Below the pieces are notes generated by a model that did not search any database, was not told the origin of the DNA, and saw nothing but the letters and a program-made list of their open reading frames with translations. This document shows positions 1 through 8,601 of a stretch of 50,262 bases of DNA, in pieces; within the stretch, counting starts at the first letter, position 1; each line of letters begins with the position of its first letter. The stretch is from a virus (Duplodnaviria > Caudoviricetes), in the IMG/VR virus record IMGVR_UViG_3300009181_000109, positions 1 to 50,262 of that record; one strand, 5' to 3'. The position numbers and the translations under genes were made by a program.

Positions 1-1833
1 TTGTCTACCAAAGGTGGGTTAACTTGGATAAAAGGCAGAAGTGGCGCAACTGGTCATCGTTTAACCGATACCGCAAGAGGTGTTACAAAATCACTTGCAT
101 CTAACTCTACTGACGCAGAAGCAACTGAAAGCACAGGATTAACTGCGTTTAGCACAACTGGATTTACGATTGGTGCTGATGCGGATTACAACACATCTGC
201 GGCTACTTATGTTTCATGGACATTCCGTAAACAAGCAAAGTTCTTTGATATTGTGACTTATACAGGGAATGGGTCAACTCAGACAATTGCACATAATCTT
301 GGAAGTGTCCCCGGTTGTATTATTGTTAAAAATACATCAGATTCTACTAATTGGCCGGTTTATCATAGAGGATGTAGCGGGACAGGCGACACTATAATAC
401 TTTTAAACGATACGTATATTGCACAAACTAATACCGCTTTTAATAATGCTCTACCAACTTCAACTAATTTTCAAGTCGGAAATCCAAGCGGTACAAATGG
501 CACAAACGCCAATGGTAATACATACGTTGCCTACCTATTCGCCCATGACGCAGGAGGCTTTGGCCTAACTGGTACAGACAATGTGATTTCGTGTGGAACA
601 TACACTACTGATGGCAGTGGCGTTGCAACTGTAAGTTTGGGCTATGAGCCTCAATGGGTTTTAACCAAAGCAACTAGTGGGATTTACGGAGAAACAAATT
701 GGGTTATTGCTGACAATATGCGTGGTATGCCAGCACCTCCTACAACTGACGGGGTTGGTGGATTATTTCCAAACACTTCAGGCGCAGAAGATAATAATTT
801 CAACAGAAGTGTTCACCCAACAAGTACAGGTTTTGTAGCAAATCAATATGCGTCAACACCCTACATCTACATAGCCATTCGCAGAGGCCCGATGAAAGTG
901 CCTACTGTGGGGACGAGTGTGTTTAGTCCTAACACTTCATCAGGCACAACAGGTACAGCTATTACAACTGGATTCCCCGTTGATTTATCAATTTCTCAGT
1001 ATCGTTTGGGAGACCCAGCGTTTTGGGGTGACAGACTTCGCGGAGTAGATACAACAACTGTGGGGACGTCCACACCTCGCTTAAAAAGCGATGGCACTGG
1101 CGCAGAAACTTTATCTAGTTTCACTAGGAATTGGGGCAGTACTGGAATTACAATATCTAGTAACTACAGTGGTTTGTCTACTATTTACTGGAACTTCAGA
1201 CGCGCCCCTAGCTTCTTTGATGAGGTTTGCGATACAGGGACGGGTGTAGCAAAAACTGTGACGCATAACTTAGGAGTTATGCCCGAATTAGTAATTCGAA
1301 AAAGTAGAAGCAACACAGGGCCATATTGGTTAGTTGGGTCAACATATTTATCATATGCCAATGATGAATATTTAAAACTATCTACAACTGGCGCAATATC
1401 TGCTGGAGGTGGTAGTTATTGGAATAGCACAGCCCCCACTTCGTCTGTGTTTAGTGTTGGAAATAATTCGTATTCAAATGGTAACGGATACACATTTGTG
1501 ACTTACCTTTTTGCAACTCTTGCAGGTATTTCCAAAGTAGGCTCATACACAGGCAATGGCTCAACTCAAACAATTGATTGCGGATTCGGTGCGGGTGGTG
1601 CAAGGTTTGTTCTTATCAAACGCACAGACTCAACGGGTGATTGGTATGTATACGACACAGCCCGTGGCATGACAGTATTGACAGACCCATATTTATGGTT
1701 AAACGATTCAGTAGCTGAAGTGGCAACTCTTGGCTCTGTTACAACAGTCTCAACAGGCTTTGCTTTAAATGCGGCAATTACAGTAGCAATTAACACAAGT
1801 TCAGCAAGCTACATCTTTTTGGCAATCGCATAA
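1..1833 (+). CDS. Tail fibre / receptor-binding protein, 5'-partial
   Basis: G/T/S-rich beta-repeat protein with recurring FD(I/E)VxYTGNGSTQTI, HNLGxxP and (L/I)IKxR...W modules; directly followed by a tail assembly chaperone. Confidence 0.8.
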   Translation: MSTKGGLTWIKGRSGATGHRLTDTARGVTKSLASNSTDAEATESTGLTAFSTTGFTIGADADYNTSAATYVSWTFRKQAKFFDIVTYTGNGSTQTIAHNLGSVPGCIIVKNTSDSTNWPVYHRGCSGTGDTIILLNDTYIAQTNTAFNNALPTSTNFQVGNPSGTNGTNANGNTYVAYLFAHDAGGFGLTGTDNVISCGTYTTDGSGVATVSLGYEPQWVLTKATSGIYGETNWVIADNMRGMPAPPTTDGVGGLFPNTSGAEDNNFNRSVHPTSTGFVANQYASTPYIYIAIRRGPMKVPTVGTSVFSPNTSSGTTGTAITTGFPVDLSISQYRLGDPAFWGDRLRGVDTTTVGTSTPRLKSDGTGAETLSSFTRNWGSTGITISSNYSGLSTIYWNFRRAPSFFDEVCDTGTGVAKTVTHNLGVMPELVIRKSRSNTGPYWLVGSTYLSYANDEYLKLSTTGAISAGGGSYWNSTAPTSSVFSVGNNSYSNGNGYTFVTYLFATLAGISKVGSYTGNGSTQTIDCGFGAGGARFVLIKRTDSTGDWYVYDTARGMTVLTDPYLWLNDSVAEVATLGSVTTVSTGFALNAAITVAINTSSASYIFLAIA

Positions 1834-1842
1834 GGAAAAATC

Positions 1843-2325
1843 ATGCAAATACGAATTCGCGCAACAGGTCAAGTGCTTTTACAACACGAGTGGGAAAAGT
1901 GGGTCGCCCAAACTTACGCCAAATCTTTGAGTGGCATTACCGAAGAGGCGGTCAATAGGTTTGAATCAGACATTGTGTTTGAAGGCCCACAAGCATCAGG
2001 TGGTACGGTATATCAATACTCACAGCAAGACGGCGTTGAGCAGATTGATGGCAAGTGGTACACCAAGTATGTGCTTGGCCCTGTCTTTACAGATGGTGAG
2101 ACAACTGCCGCAGAACAAGAAGCCGCTTACAAAGCCATTAAAGACGCAGAGCAAGCCAAGTCTGTACGCACCTCACGCACGGAAAAGCTCAAGGACTGCG
2201 ACTGGACTCAGATTTCTGATAGCACTGCGGATAAAACTGCATGGGCTACGTACCGTCAAGCATTGCGTGATGTTACTGCTCAGTCTGGCTTCCCTTGGAC
2301 AATCACTTGGCCTGACGCGCCCTAA
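1843..2325 (+). CDS. Phage tail (fibre) assembly chaperone
   Basis: C-terminal R..KLKDCDWTQISD...WATYRQALRDV..QSGFPWTITWP motif typical of the Phage_tail_APC family; RBS AAGGA. Confidence 0.85.
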   Translation: MQIRIRATGQVLLQHEWEKWVAQTYAKSLSGITEEAVNRFESDIVFEGPQASGGTVYQYSQQDGVEQIDGKWYTKYVLGPVFTDGETTAAEQEAAYKAIKDAEQAKSVRTSRTEKLKDCDWTQISDSTADKTAWATYRQALRDVTAQSGFPWTITWPDAP

Positions 2326-2327
2326 TC

Positions 2328-2420
2328 ATGAAAGACTGGACTGAAGCAATCATTGCGGCAGTCTCTATCACTGCGTTTATTGTTTTTGGTACGTACATAA
2401 TTGCATGGAGTGTGGTGTGA
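2328..2420 (+). CDS. 30-aa single-TM membrane peptide (not in ORF track)
   Basis: MKDWTEAIIAAVSITAFIVFGTYIIAWSVV*; fills the gap between flanking genes. Confidence 0.55.
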   Translation: MKDWTEAIIAAVSITAFIVFGTYIIAWSVV

Positions 2421-2423
2421 TAA

Positions 2424-2711
2424 ATGCGTTGGCTCATACTGTTACTGCTGTTGGGGCTAGTTGGAGCCGTAGCCAAGAGCGGATGCCATGTGCGCGAGTT
2501 CTATGGGATTGCTTACACAGTCCACGACCCAACCCTGCGGCACAGAGAGATGGTAGCGTGGCTCGACAAGAATGCGCCCTATTGCAAGACAACGGATTAC
2601 GTGGTCATCTGGAACAATCTGGGCGAATGGGCGGGAACGGCAGACTCACCAAAGATTAGAGAGTTAGTCATTCATGGGTACAAAGAGGCACAAGAGCGTG
2701 AAAAGAAATGA
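2424..2711 (+). CDS. Small exported protein (signal peptide, two Cys)
   Basis: MRWLILLLLLGLVGAVA signal-like N-terminus; lies in lysis region; ATGA overlap with next gene. Confidence 0.65.
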   Translation: MRWLILLLLLGLVGAVAKSGCHVREFYGIAYTVHDPTLRHREMVAWLDKNAPYCKTTDYVVIWNNLGEWAGTADSPKIRELVIHGYKEAQEREKK

Positions 2712-2944
2712 TCGACACCATCAAATTATTTCCGACCGTTCAGCCGTCTGGGTATCCAGACAAGCATGACCTTGCTCAGAAAAAGATGGAAAGACAGCAT
2801 GAAGTTAACAAGGCAAATGAGTTAGCCAAACAGAAACAGGTGCAGTTGCAAGACATAGGGTTTGAGATTTACTGCAAGAAGACAGTGCAAGACCGGCTCC
2901 GTATGGAGATATTTAACAACCGCAAACTGGATGTATACGTGTAA
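2708..2944 (+). CDS. Hypothetical protein
   Basis: Translationally coupled on both sides (ATGA, TAATG). Confidence 0.65.
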   Translation: MIDTIKLFPTVQPSGYPDKHDLAQKKMERQHEVNKANELAKQKQVQLQDIGFEIYCKKTVQDRLRMEIFNNRKLDVYV

Positions 2945-3666
2945 TGGTTACAAAGAAACCCCCAGCCAAGGTAGCGCCTGTCAAACAGCGTACACCCAAG
3001 CCCAAACCAGAACAGATAATCAATGTATCTATTTCTGAGCCAGCCCCTGTCAAGCCTGAAGCTAAGAAAGACGACAGCACCGTTGGTAAAGTGATTGGTT
3101 TAATTGAATGGGTGGACAATCCTTTCAAGTTGTTTACGGTTATCCTGCTGTCGTTCTTGTTCTTTGCGGGTTATTTTGCTTGGGACTCACGTACAGTCAT
3201 TTTGAACGCCATTACAAGCTCAAGCCACCAGCCCCAGCTTAAAGAAATCAAAGTGCTGGAGCACATAGCTGAAAAACTGAAGAAAGACTTAGAAGCTGAG
3301 ACTGTGCTGGTTCACAAAGTAGCTCTGGTAGTTAATAGCCGGATTACGCTACTTGCGTATGGCCCAAAGGGTCGAGACATAACGCTTGATGGCTATAACT
3401 CTACCTTGTTTGGCAAAGATGCCACCCGTAACTCTGCCGTAATTGCAATGATGAATGGCGAGGTGCATTGCGATAAGCTTGTGGCCTCTGGTAAAACATC
3501 AGACTGGGAAGAGAAACAAGGCGTAGGCTACATCTGCCGTGGTTCAATACCACCTGAAATGGGTGCATTTGAGGGGTACATCTCTGTGGGCTTTACCAAA
3601 GAACCACAAGACCTTGGCGCAGTCAAAACCCGTATCAACCTAGCCGCCACTGAAATGGCTAAATAA
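2944..3666 (+). CDS. Single-TM membrane protein with large C-terminal (GAF-like?) domain; T4 holin T-like topology
   Basis: Basic/Pro-rich N-terminus, one TM (FKLFTVILLSFLFFAGYFAW), C-terminal ICRGSIP...GYISVGF strands; lysis cluster. Fold call is inference. Confidence 0.5.
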   Translation: MVTKKPPAKVAPVKQRTPKPKPEQIINVSISEPAPVKPEAKKDDSTVGKVIGLIEWVDNPFKLFTVILLSFLFFAGYFAWDSRTVILNAITSSSHQPQLKEIKVLEHIAEKLKKDLEAETVLVHKVALVVNSRITLLAYGPKGRDITLDGYNSTLFGKDATRNSAVIAMMNGEVHCDKLVASGKTSDWEEKQGVGYICRGSIPPEMGAFEGYISVGFTKEPQDLGAVKTRINLAATEMAK

Positions 3667-3675
3667 GGAGTAACC

Positions 3676-4170
3676 ATGCTTGATATTCTTTCCGGTGGAC
3701 TGATGGGTTCCATCTTTGGTGGGCTGTTCCGTATGGCCCCCGAAGTGCTCAAATATTTTGACAAGAAGAACGAACGCCAGCACGAGTTGGCAATGTTCAA
3801 AAACCAATGCGACTTGGAAGCCCAGCGCGGCCAGCAGAAATTGGCTGAGATTGGCGCACAGCGTGAAGCCGCTATTGACGTAGGTGTTATGGATGCGTTT
3901 AACAACGCCATCACCCAGCAGGCCGAGATGGTCAAAGCCGCAGGCGGTTGGGTAGCCAGCCTTTCAGCTTCTGTCCGTCCGGTGGTTACCTATTGGGTGC
4001 TGTTTGTTTGGTCGTTCATCCACGTATGGTTTGCATGGAACGCATGGCTTGCCGGTGCGCCTGCCGTAGAAGTGTTTAAGACCATGATGACACCTGACTT
4101 CTCAGCCCTGTTGTCTGGGACAATTAACTATTGGTTTCTTGATCGTACTTTAAAGCAAAGGGGTATTTAA
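3676..4170 (+). CDS. Holin-like protein (GTA 3TM-holin-like)
   Basis: Amphipathic N-terminus, ERQHEL coiled segment, SASVRPVVTY motif then TM helices, ends in WFLDR; upstream of lysozyme; RBS AAGGAG. Confidence 0.7.
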   Translation: MLDILSGGLMGSIFGGLFRMAPEVLKYFDKKNERQHELAMFKNQCDLEAQRGQQKLAEIGAQREAAIDVGVMDAFNNAITQQAEMVKAAGGWVASLSASVRPVVTYWVLFVWSFIHVWFAWNAWLAGAPAVEVFKTMMTPDFSALLSGTINYWFLDRTLKQRGI

Positions 4171-4287
4171 ATGGCACACGCAAACAACTGTTTAGTTCAC
4201 GAAGACGGCCCATGCACCTGTGGATTTGAAGAGATTCTTGAAGACGAGGCAAGAGAAGCCGAACAAGAGCATCTTGAACAAGAATGA
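4171..4287 (+). CDS. 38-aa His/Cys peptide (not in ORF track)
   Basis: MAHANNCLVHEDGPCTCGFEEILEDEAREAEQEHLEQE*; starts right after holin stop, ATGA overlap with lysozyme. Confidence 0.55.
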   Translation: MAHANNCLVHEDGPCTCGFEEILEDEAREAEQEHLEQE

Positions 4288-4727
4288 ACCTAGAACTAGC
4301 CGCTGAACTGTGCCGCCGGTATGAAGGGTATCGGGCTAAGCCCTACCTTTGTCCGGCTGGCGTGGCTACGATTGGCTACGGTTCTACCTACTACGCAGAC
4401 AAACGCAAGGTAACTTTGGAAGACGCTCCGATGGACGAACCTACGGCTAGGGCGCTTTTAATGATTGAGCTTGAGCACACGTACCTACCCGGTGTTCTGC
4501 GTAACTGCCCCGGCTTGATTACTGACGTACGTAAGTGCAACGCCATCGTGGACTTCTGCTACAACCTAGGCACAGGACGCTTGCAAACATCTACGTTAAA
4601 GAGGAAAATCAATGCCAATGATTGGGAAGGCGCAAAAGAACAACTGATGCTCTGGACTAAAGGTGGCGGTCGGGTACTGCCGGGTCTGTTTAAACGCCGC
4701 ACGGCTGAGTGCGCTTTGTTGGATTAA
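4284..4727 (+). CDS. Endolysin, GH24 phage lysozyme
   Basis: EG(Y)R.KPYLCPAGVATIGYG catalytic region, FCYNLG, WTKGGGRVLPGL.KRR.AE. Confidence 0.93.
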   Translation: MNLELAAELCRRYEGYRAKPYLCPAGVATIGYGSTYYADKRKVTLEDAPMDEPTARALLMIELEHTYLPGVLRNCPGLITDVRKCNAIVDFCYNLGTGRLQTSTLKRKINANDWEGAKEQLMLWTKGGGRVLPGLFKRRTAECALLD

Positions 4728-4730
4728 CCG

Positions 4731-6629
4731 ATGGCACTTAAAAAACTAACTTTGAAAGCTGGTGTAAACAAAGAAAACACCCGTTATACCAATGAAAATG
4801 GTTGGTATGAATCCGATAAAGTGCGGTTTCGCCAAGGTACGCCTGAAAAAATTGGTGGTTGGGAACGCATATCAGCGGCAACATTCTTAGGTGTTTGTCG
4901 TTCTTTGTGGAATTGGGTCACTCTTGGATTTTTAAATTTAGTTGGGGTTGGCACTAACTTAAAGTTTTATATTGAGAGCGGCGGCGCATACAACGACATT
5001 ACACCTATTCGGGCATCTAGCACAATTAACAACAACCCGTTTGTAGCTACAAATGGCTCTGCCACAATCACAGTAACAGATACAAGTCACGGTGCTATTA
5101 CGGGTGACTTTGTTACTTTTAGTGGTGCTATAGGGTTGGGCGGGAATATCACGGCTACGGTGTTAAACGCTGAATATCAAATAACAGTTCTTACTGCAAA
5201 TACATACACATTTACAGCGTCAGCCACAGCCAATGCAACGGATGCTTCTGGCTCTCCCGGTGGTGGTGCTTCTGTCGTAGCGGCGTATCAAATCAGTGTT
5301 GGCCCTGCCATAGTTGGCCCATTTGTTGGTTGGGGCGGTGGTACTTGGGGGCAAGGTGTGTGGGGTACTGGAGGTACTTCTTTATCTAGTATTCGCATTT
5401 GGAGTCAAAGCAATTTTGGTCAAAATTTAATTTTCAGTTACCGTGGGAGTCCTATTTATTATTGGGATGCCGCATCTGGTTTGACAACTAGGGGTGTTCT
5501 TGTTTCATCTTTGTCCGGTGCTTCTGATGTCCCAACAGTTCAAAATTTTATTTTTGTATCTGATACAAGCAGATTTGTATTTGCATTTGGTTGTAATGAC
5601 ATTGGTTCAGGAACACTAAACCCTATGTTAATCCGTTGGTCAGATCAAGAATCTGTAGTAAATTGGACACCGGCAACAATCAATCAAGCTGGTAGTGTGG
5701 TGTTATCTCACGGCTCAGAAATTATTACAGTTGTCCAAGCTCGGCAAGAAATTGTAGTATTTACTGATTCGTCTATTTATTCATTGCAATACCAAGGCCC
5801 ACCAGTAATATGGAGTTCTCAACTTCTTGGCGACAACATTTCAATTATTAGCCCTAATGCGGCTGTAATTGCTTCCGGTGTTGTGTATTGGATGGGTGTA
5901 GATAAGTTTTATAAATATGACGGGCGAGTCCAAACTTTGCGTTGCGATTTACTTCGTTTTATCTACCAAGACATTAACTTAGTTCAATCAACGCAAGTGT
6001 TTGCGGGAACCAATGAAGGCTTTAATGAAGTCTGGTGGTTTTATTGTTCTGCTACTAGCACCGCTATTGACCTGTACGCAATCTATAACTACGCAGAAGA
6101 TGTTTGGTCTTATGGAACGCTAAGTCGTACAGCATGGCTTGATTCGGGTTTGCGTGATTATCCGTTGGCGGCTACATACAACTCAACCACAAGTACTGGT
6201 AACCTTGTAAACCATGAGTATGGTGTAAACAACAATGAAACTGGAACACCTGTAGCAATTAACGCTTTAATTGGCTCTGCTGAGTTTGACATTGATGACG
6301 GCGATCATCTTGGATTTGTCTGGAGAATGCTCCCAGATATTACATTCCGTGGGTCTGACGCGGTTTCTCCGCAAGTGACTATGACACTAATCCCCATGCA
6401 GAACTCAGGATCCGGGTATAACAATCCAGTCTCTGTGGGCGGTAACTCAAGTGCGACAGTAACCCGTACATCTACTTCAGTGATTGAGCAGTTTACGGGT
6501 CAGGTGTACGTTAGGGTGCGAGGCCGTCAAATGATTCTTCAAGTTGAATCTAGCCAGATTGGGTGTACTTGGCAATTGGGTTCACCCCGTATTGACATCA
6601 AACAAGATGGCCGCAGGGGTAATTCATGA
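4731..6629 (+). CDS. Tail tubular/nozzle (stabilisation) protein, beta-propeller
   Basis: DKVRFRQGxPEKIGGW N-terminus, LIRWSDQE, W..G.PRIDI..DGRR C-terminus typical of podovirus tail tube B-like proteins. Confidence 0.75.
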   Translation: MALKKLTLKAGVNKENTRYTNENGWYESDKVRFRQGTPEKIGGWERISAATFLGVCRSLWNWVTLGFLNLVGVGTNLKFYIESGGAYNDITPIRASSTINNNPFVATNGSATITVTDTSHGAITGDFVTFSGAIGLGGNITATVLNAEYQITVLTANTYTFTASATANATDASGSPGGGASVVAAYQISVGPAIVGPFVGWGGGTWGQGVWGTGGTSLSSIRIWSQSNFGQNLIFSYRGSPIYYWDAASGLTTRGVLVSSLSGASDVPTVQNFIFVSDTSRFVFAFGCNDIGSGTLNPMLIRWSDQESVVNWTPATINQAGSVVLSHGSEIITVVQARQEIVVFTDSSIYSLQYQGPPVIWSSQLLGDNISIISPNAAVIASGVVYWMGVDKFYKYDGRVQTLRCDLLRFIYQDINLVQSTQVFAGTNEGFNEVWWFYCSATSTAIDLYAIYNYAEDVWSYGTLSRTAWLDSGLRDYPLAATYNSTTSTGNLVNHEYGVNNNETGTPVAINALIGSAEFDIDDGDHLGFVWRMLPDITFRGSDAVSPQVTMTLIPMQNSGSGYNNPVSVGGNSSATVTRTSTSVIEQFTGQVYVRVRGRQMILQVESSQIGCTWQLGSPRIDIKQDGRRGNS

Positions 6630-6967
6630 TTGTTATATCCGAGTTTGAGATCAATCAGGTTGCTTCGCCCAACCTACCACTGTCTCCGCTTGAGTACAAC
6701 CAGCAATACACCAATCAGCTAAACAACGTACTACGCCTGTACTTTAATAGGGTTGATGCTATTCTTGGTCAGCTTAAGACAGATGAAATCATCCCACCGT
6801 TAACTAATTACACTGTAGCAACATTACCTAGCGCAGTCACTTCAGGTAAAGGTGCAAGGTCTTTTGTTACTGATGCTTTAGCTCCTGTATTTGGGGCAAC
6901 CGTTGCGACTGGCGGGGCAGTGGCAGTGCCCGTCTACTCTGACGGCACGAATTGGAAGGTCGGGTAA
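6626..6967 (+). CDS. Virion structural protein
   Basis: PNLPL.P.EY..QY.NQLNNVLRLYFN N-terminus and VPVYSDGTNW C-terminus; coupled to the nozzle gene. Confidence 0.65.
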   Translation: MIVISEFEINQVASPNLPLSPLEYNQQYTNQLNNVLRLYFNRVDAILGQLKTDEIIPPLTNYTVATLPSAVTSGKGARSFVTDALAPVFGATVATGGAVAVPVYSDGTNWKVG

Positions 6968-8601
6968 TGACTTTAGAAGAACTTAAAGCCCTGTATGCCG
7001 AGAAAGGCGCTACTGAAGCCGTTCATGGCGTATCTGAACAGGGCGACACCGTAGATTACCAACCTATTCAATATGGGCAAGGATGGACTGCTTGGGATAA
7101 AGCGCCTGAAATTATTGGATATCAAGATGGTGCAGGCGGTGGAGAAGGCGGTGATCAGCCCGTTCCAATTTATAGCACTGACAAAAAACTTGGTGGCTTT
7201 GCCAAGCAAGAAGGCGATTACATCACTTCCTACGACTTAGACGGCAACGTTGTTAAACGTGAGAAGATGGATCATGATAACTTTTTAAAGACCATGATCA
7301 AGGATCTTGGGCCTTTAGCTCTGGCCGCCATGACAATGGGTGGCGGTAATGCTTTGCTAGGAAATGCATTATTTGGCCTGACAGGTGCAGGTGCATCAGC
7401 CGCTGGCGGAGCTTTGGCAGGCAGTTTAAACGCTTATGGAAATGACAGCAACATCCTTAAAGGCGCATTGCTTGGTGGTGTATCGGGCGCAGGCTCTGCA
7501 AAACTTGCAGATATTTTTGGTGCTGATACTTTAGGCAAAACGTTTGAAAATGCCAAGATAGGCGATATAACCAAAGCAATTAACTTTGCTCAAAACCCCA
7601 CCCTAGCCGGAGCGGCAAATATTGCCTCTCCTTACATGACAACCAACTTTGAACTTGGTGATACTGGATTTACCACTAACGATTTACTTAAAGGCGTTAA
7701 CACGGCGCAAGCTTTTGGTAGTGGAGATAACAAAAAGATATTTGACGCTATTACAGGTTTAGCTAAAGGAACAGACTTTAGCGGTTTAACCGCAAGCGAA
7801 CAGGCGGAACGTAATGCCAATCGAGAAACCGCACGTTTAAACAAAATTGAAAACGCAGTTTTAAACCAGCCAGCGTCTGATGATGGGTCAACACAAGGAA
7901 TTGTTGATTTAATTAATGAGATGTACCCAGCCGCAGATGTTAAAGGTATGTCTCAAGGCGATTTAGTTAAATTCCTTGAAGCCAATATGGGTGAAATTCA
8001 AGGTTCTGCGGAGCTTGAAACTTTGCTTAAAGGCCAAGGAAAAACTGCCGCAGATGAAGGCACTGTTACTGTAACGGGCGATAGGCCTACAGGCCTTGGC
8101 GACTTTATGGTTCCCACCACAGATACACCCAAGGGCAATGTGGTTCCAGTAGATAACCCTGATGAAGTGGTTATTACAGGTGATCGTCCCGCGCCGTATA
8201 TTTCTAGCCTTAGAACCAAAGATATTAAGTCTGACATTCCGGATGAGATAACTTCCGATCAGATTGACAAGTTGTTTCCAGATATTGATTTTAATGATAT
8301 CTTGCAAACTGTTACCGTTCCGGGCGACACAAAAACTGTTACTCCAACCAAGACGGTTATTCCTGCAACTGTTACGCCAAAAACAACTGTGCCGGGAACA
8401 ACAACCACAGAGCAGGCATTAATGAATCTTGGTTTAAACGCACCAATGCCTAGCCAAGATCCGTATGCCAATATAAAATTGATGGAAGAGTTGTTTGGCG
8501 GTGATACAGCTTACAAGCTCAGAGCACTTGGAGCACCTAAAAACCAAGCATCTACGGATATGGATGCTCTTGCTCGTTTACTAAGGAAGCAAAATGGATG
8601 A
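6967..8601 (+). CDS. Putative internal virion / ejection protein (start reassigned to ATG 6967)
   Basis: TAATG overlap with previous gene; Gly/Ala-rich hydrophobic stretch; position after tail genes. Confidence 0.6.
   Translation: MTLEELKALYAEKGATEAVHGVSEQGDTVDYQPIQYGQGWTAWDKAPEIIGYQDGAGGGEGGDQPVPIYSTDKKLGGFAKQEGDYITSYDLDGNVVKREKMDHDNFLKTMIKDLGPLALAAMTMGGGNALLGNALFGLTGAGASAAGGALAGSLNAYGNDSNILKGALLGGVSGAGSAKLADIFGADTLGKTFENAKIGDITKAINFAQNPTLAGAANIASPYMTTNFELGDTGFTTNDLLKGVNTAQAFGSGDNKKIFDAITGLAKGTDFSGLTASEQAERNANRETARLNKIENAVLNQPASDDGSTQGIVDLINEMYPAADVKGMSQGDLVKFLEANMGEIQGSAELETLLKGQGKTAADEGTVTVTGDRPTGLGDFMVPTTDTPKGNVVPVDNPDEVVITGDRPAPYISSLRTKDIKSDIPDEITSDQIDKLFPDIDFNDILQTVTVPGDTKTVTPTKTVIPATVTPKTTVPGTTTTEQALMNLGLNAPMPSQDPYANIKLMEELFGGDTAYKLRALGAPKNQASTDMDALARLLRKQNG

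Noticed and set aside
250-1580. Repeated YTGNGSTQTI segments in the tail fibre as a DGR template/variable pair
   Set aside because: Differences are synonymous and not adenine-specific, both copies are coding, and no reverse transcriptase is in the window
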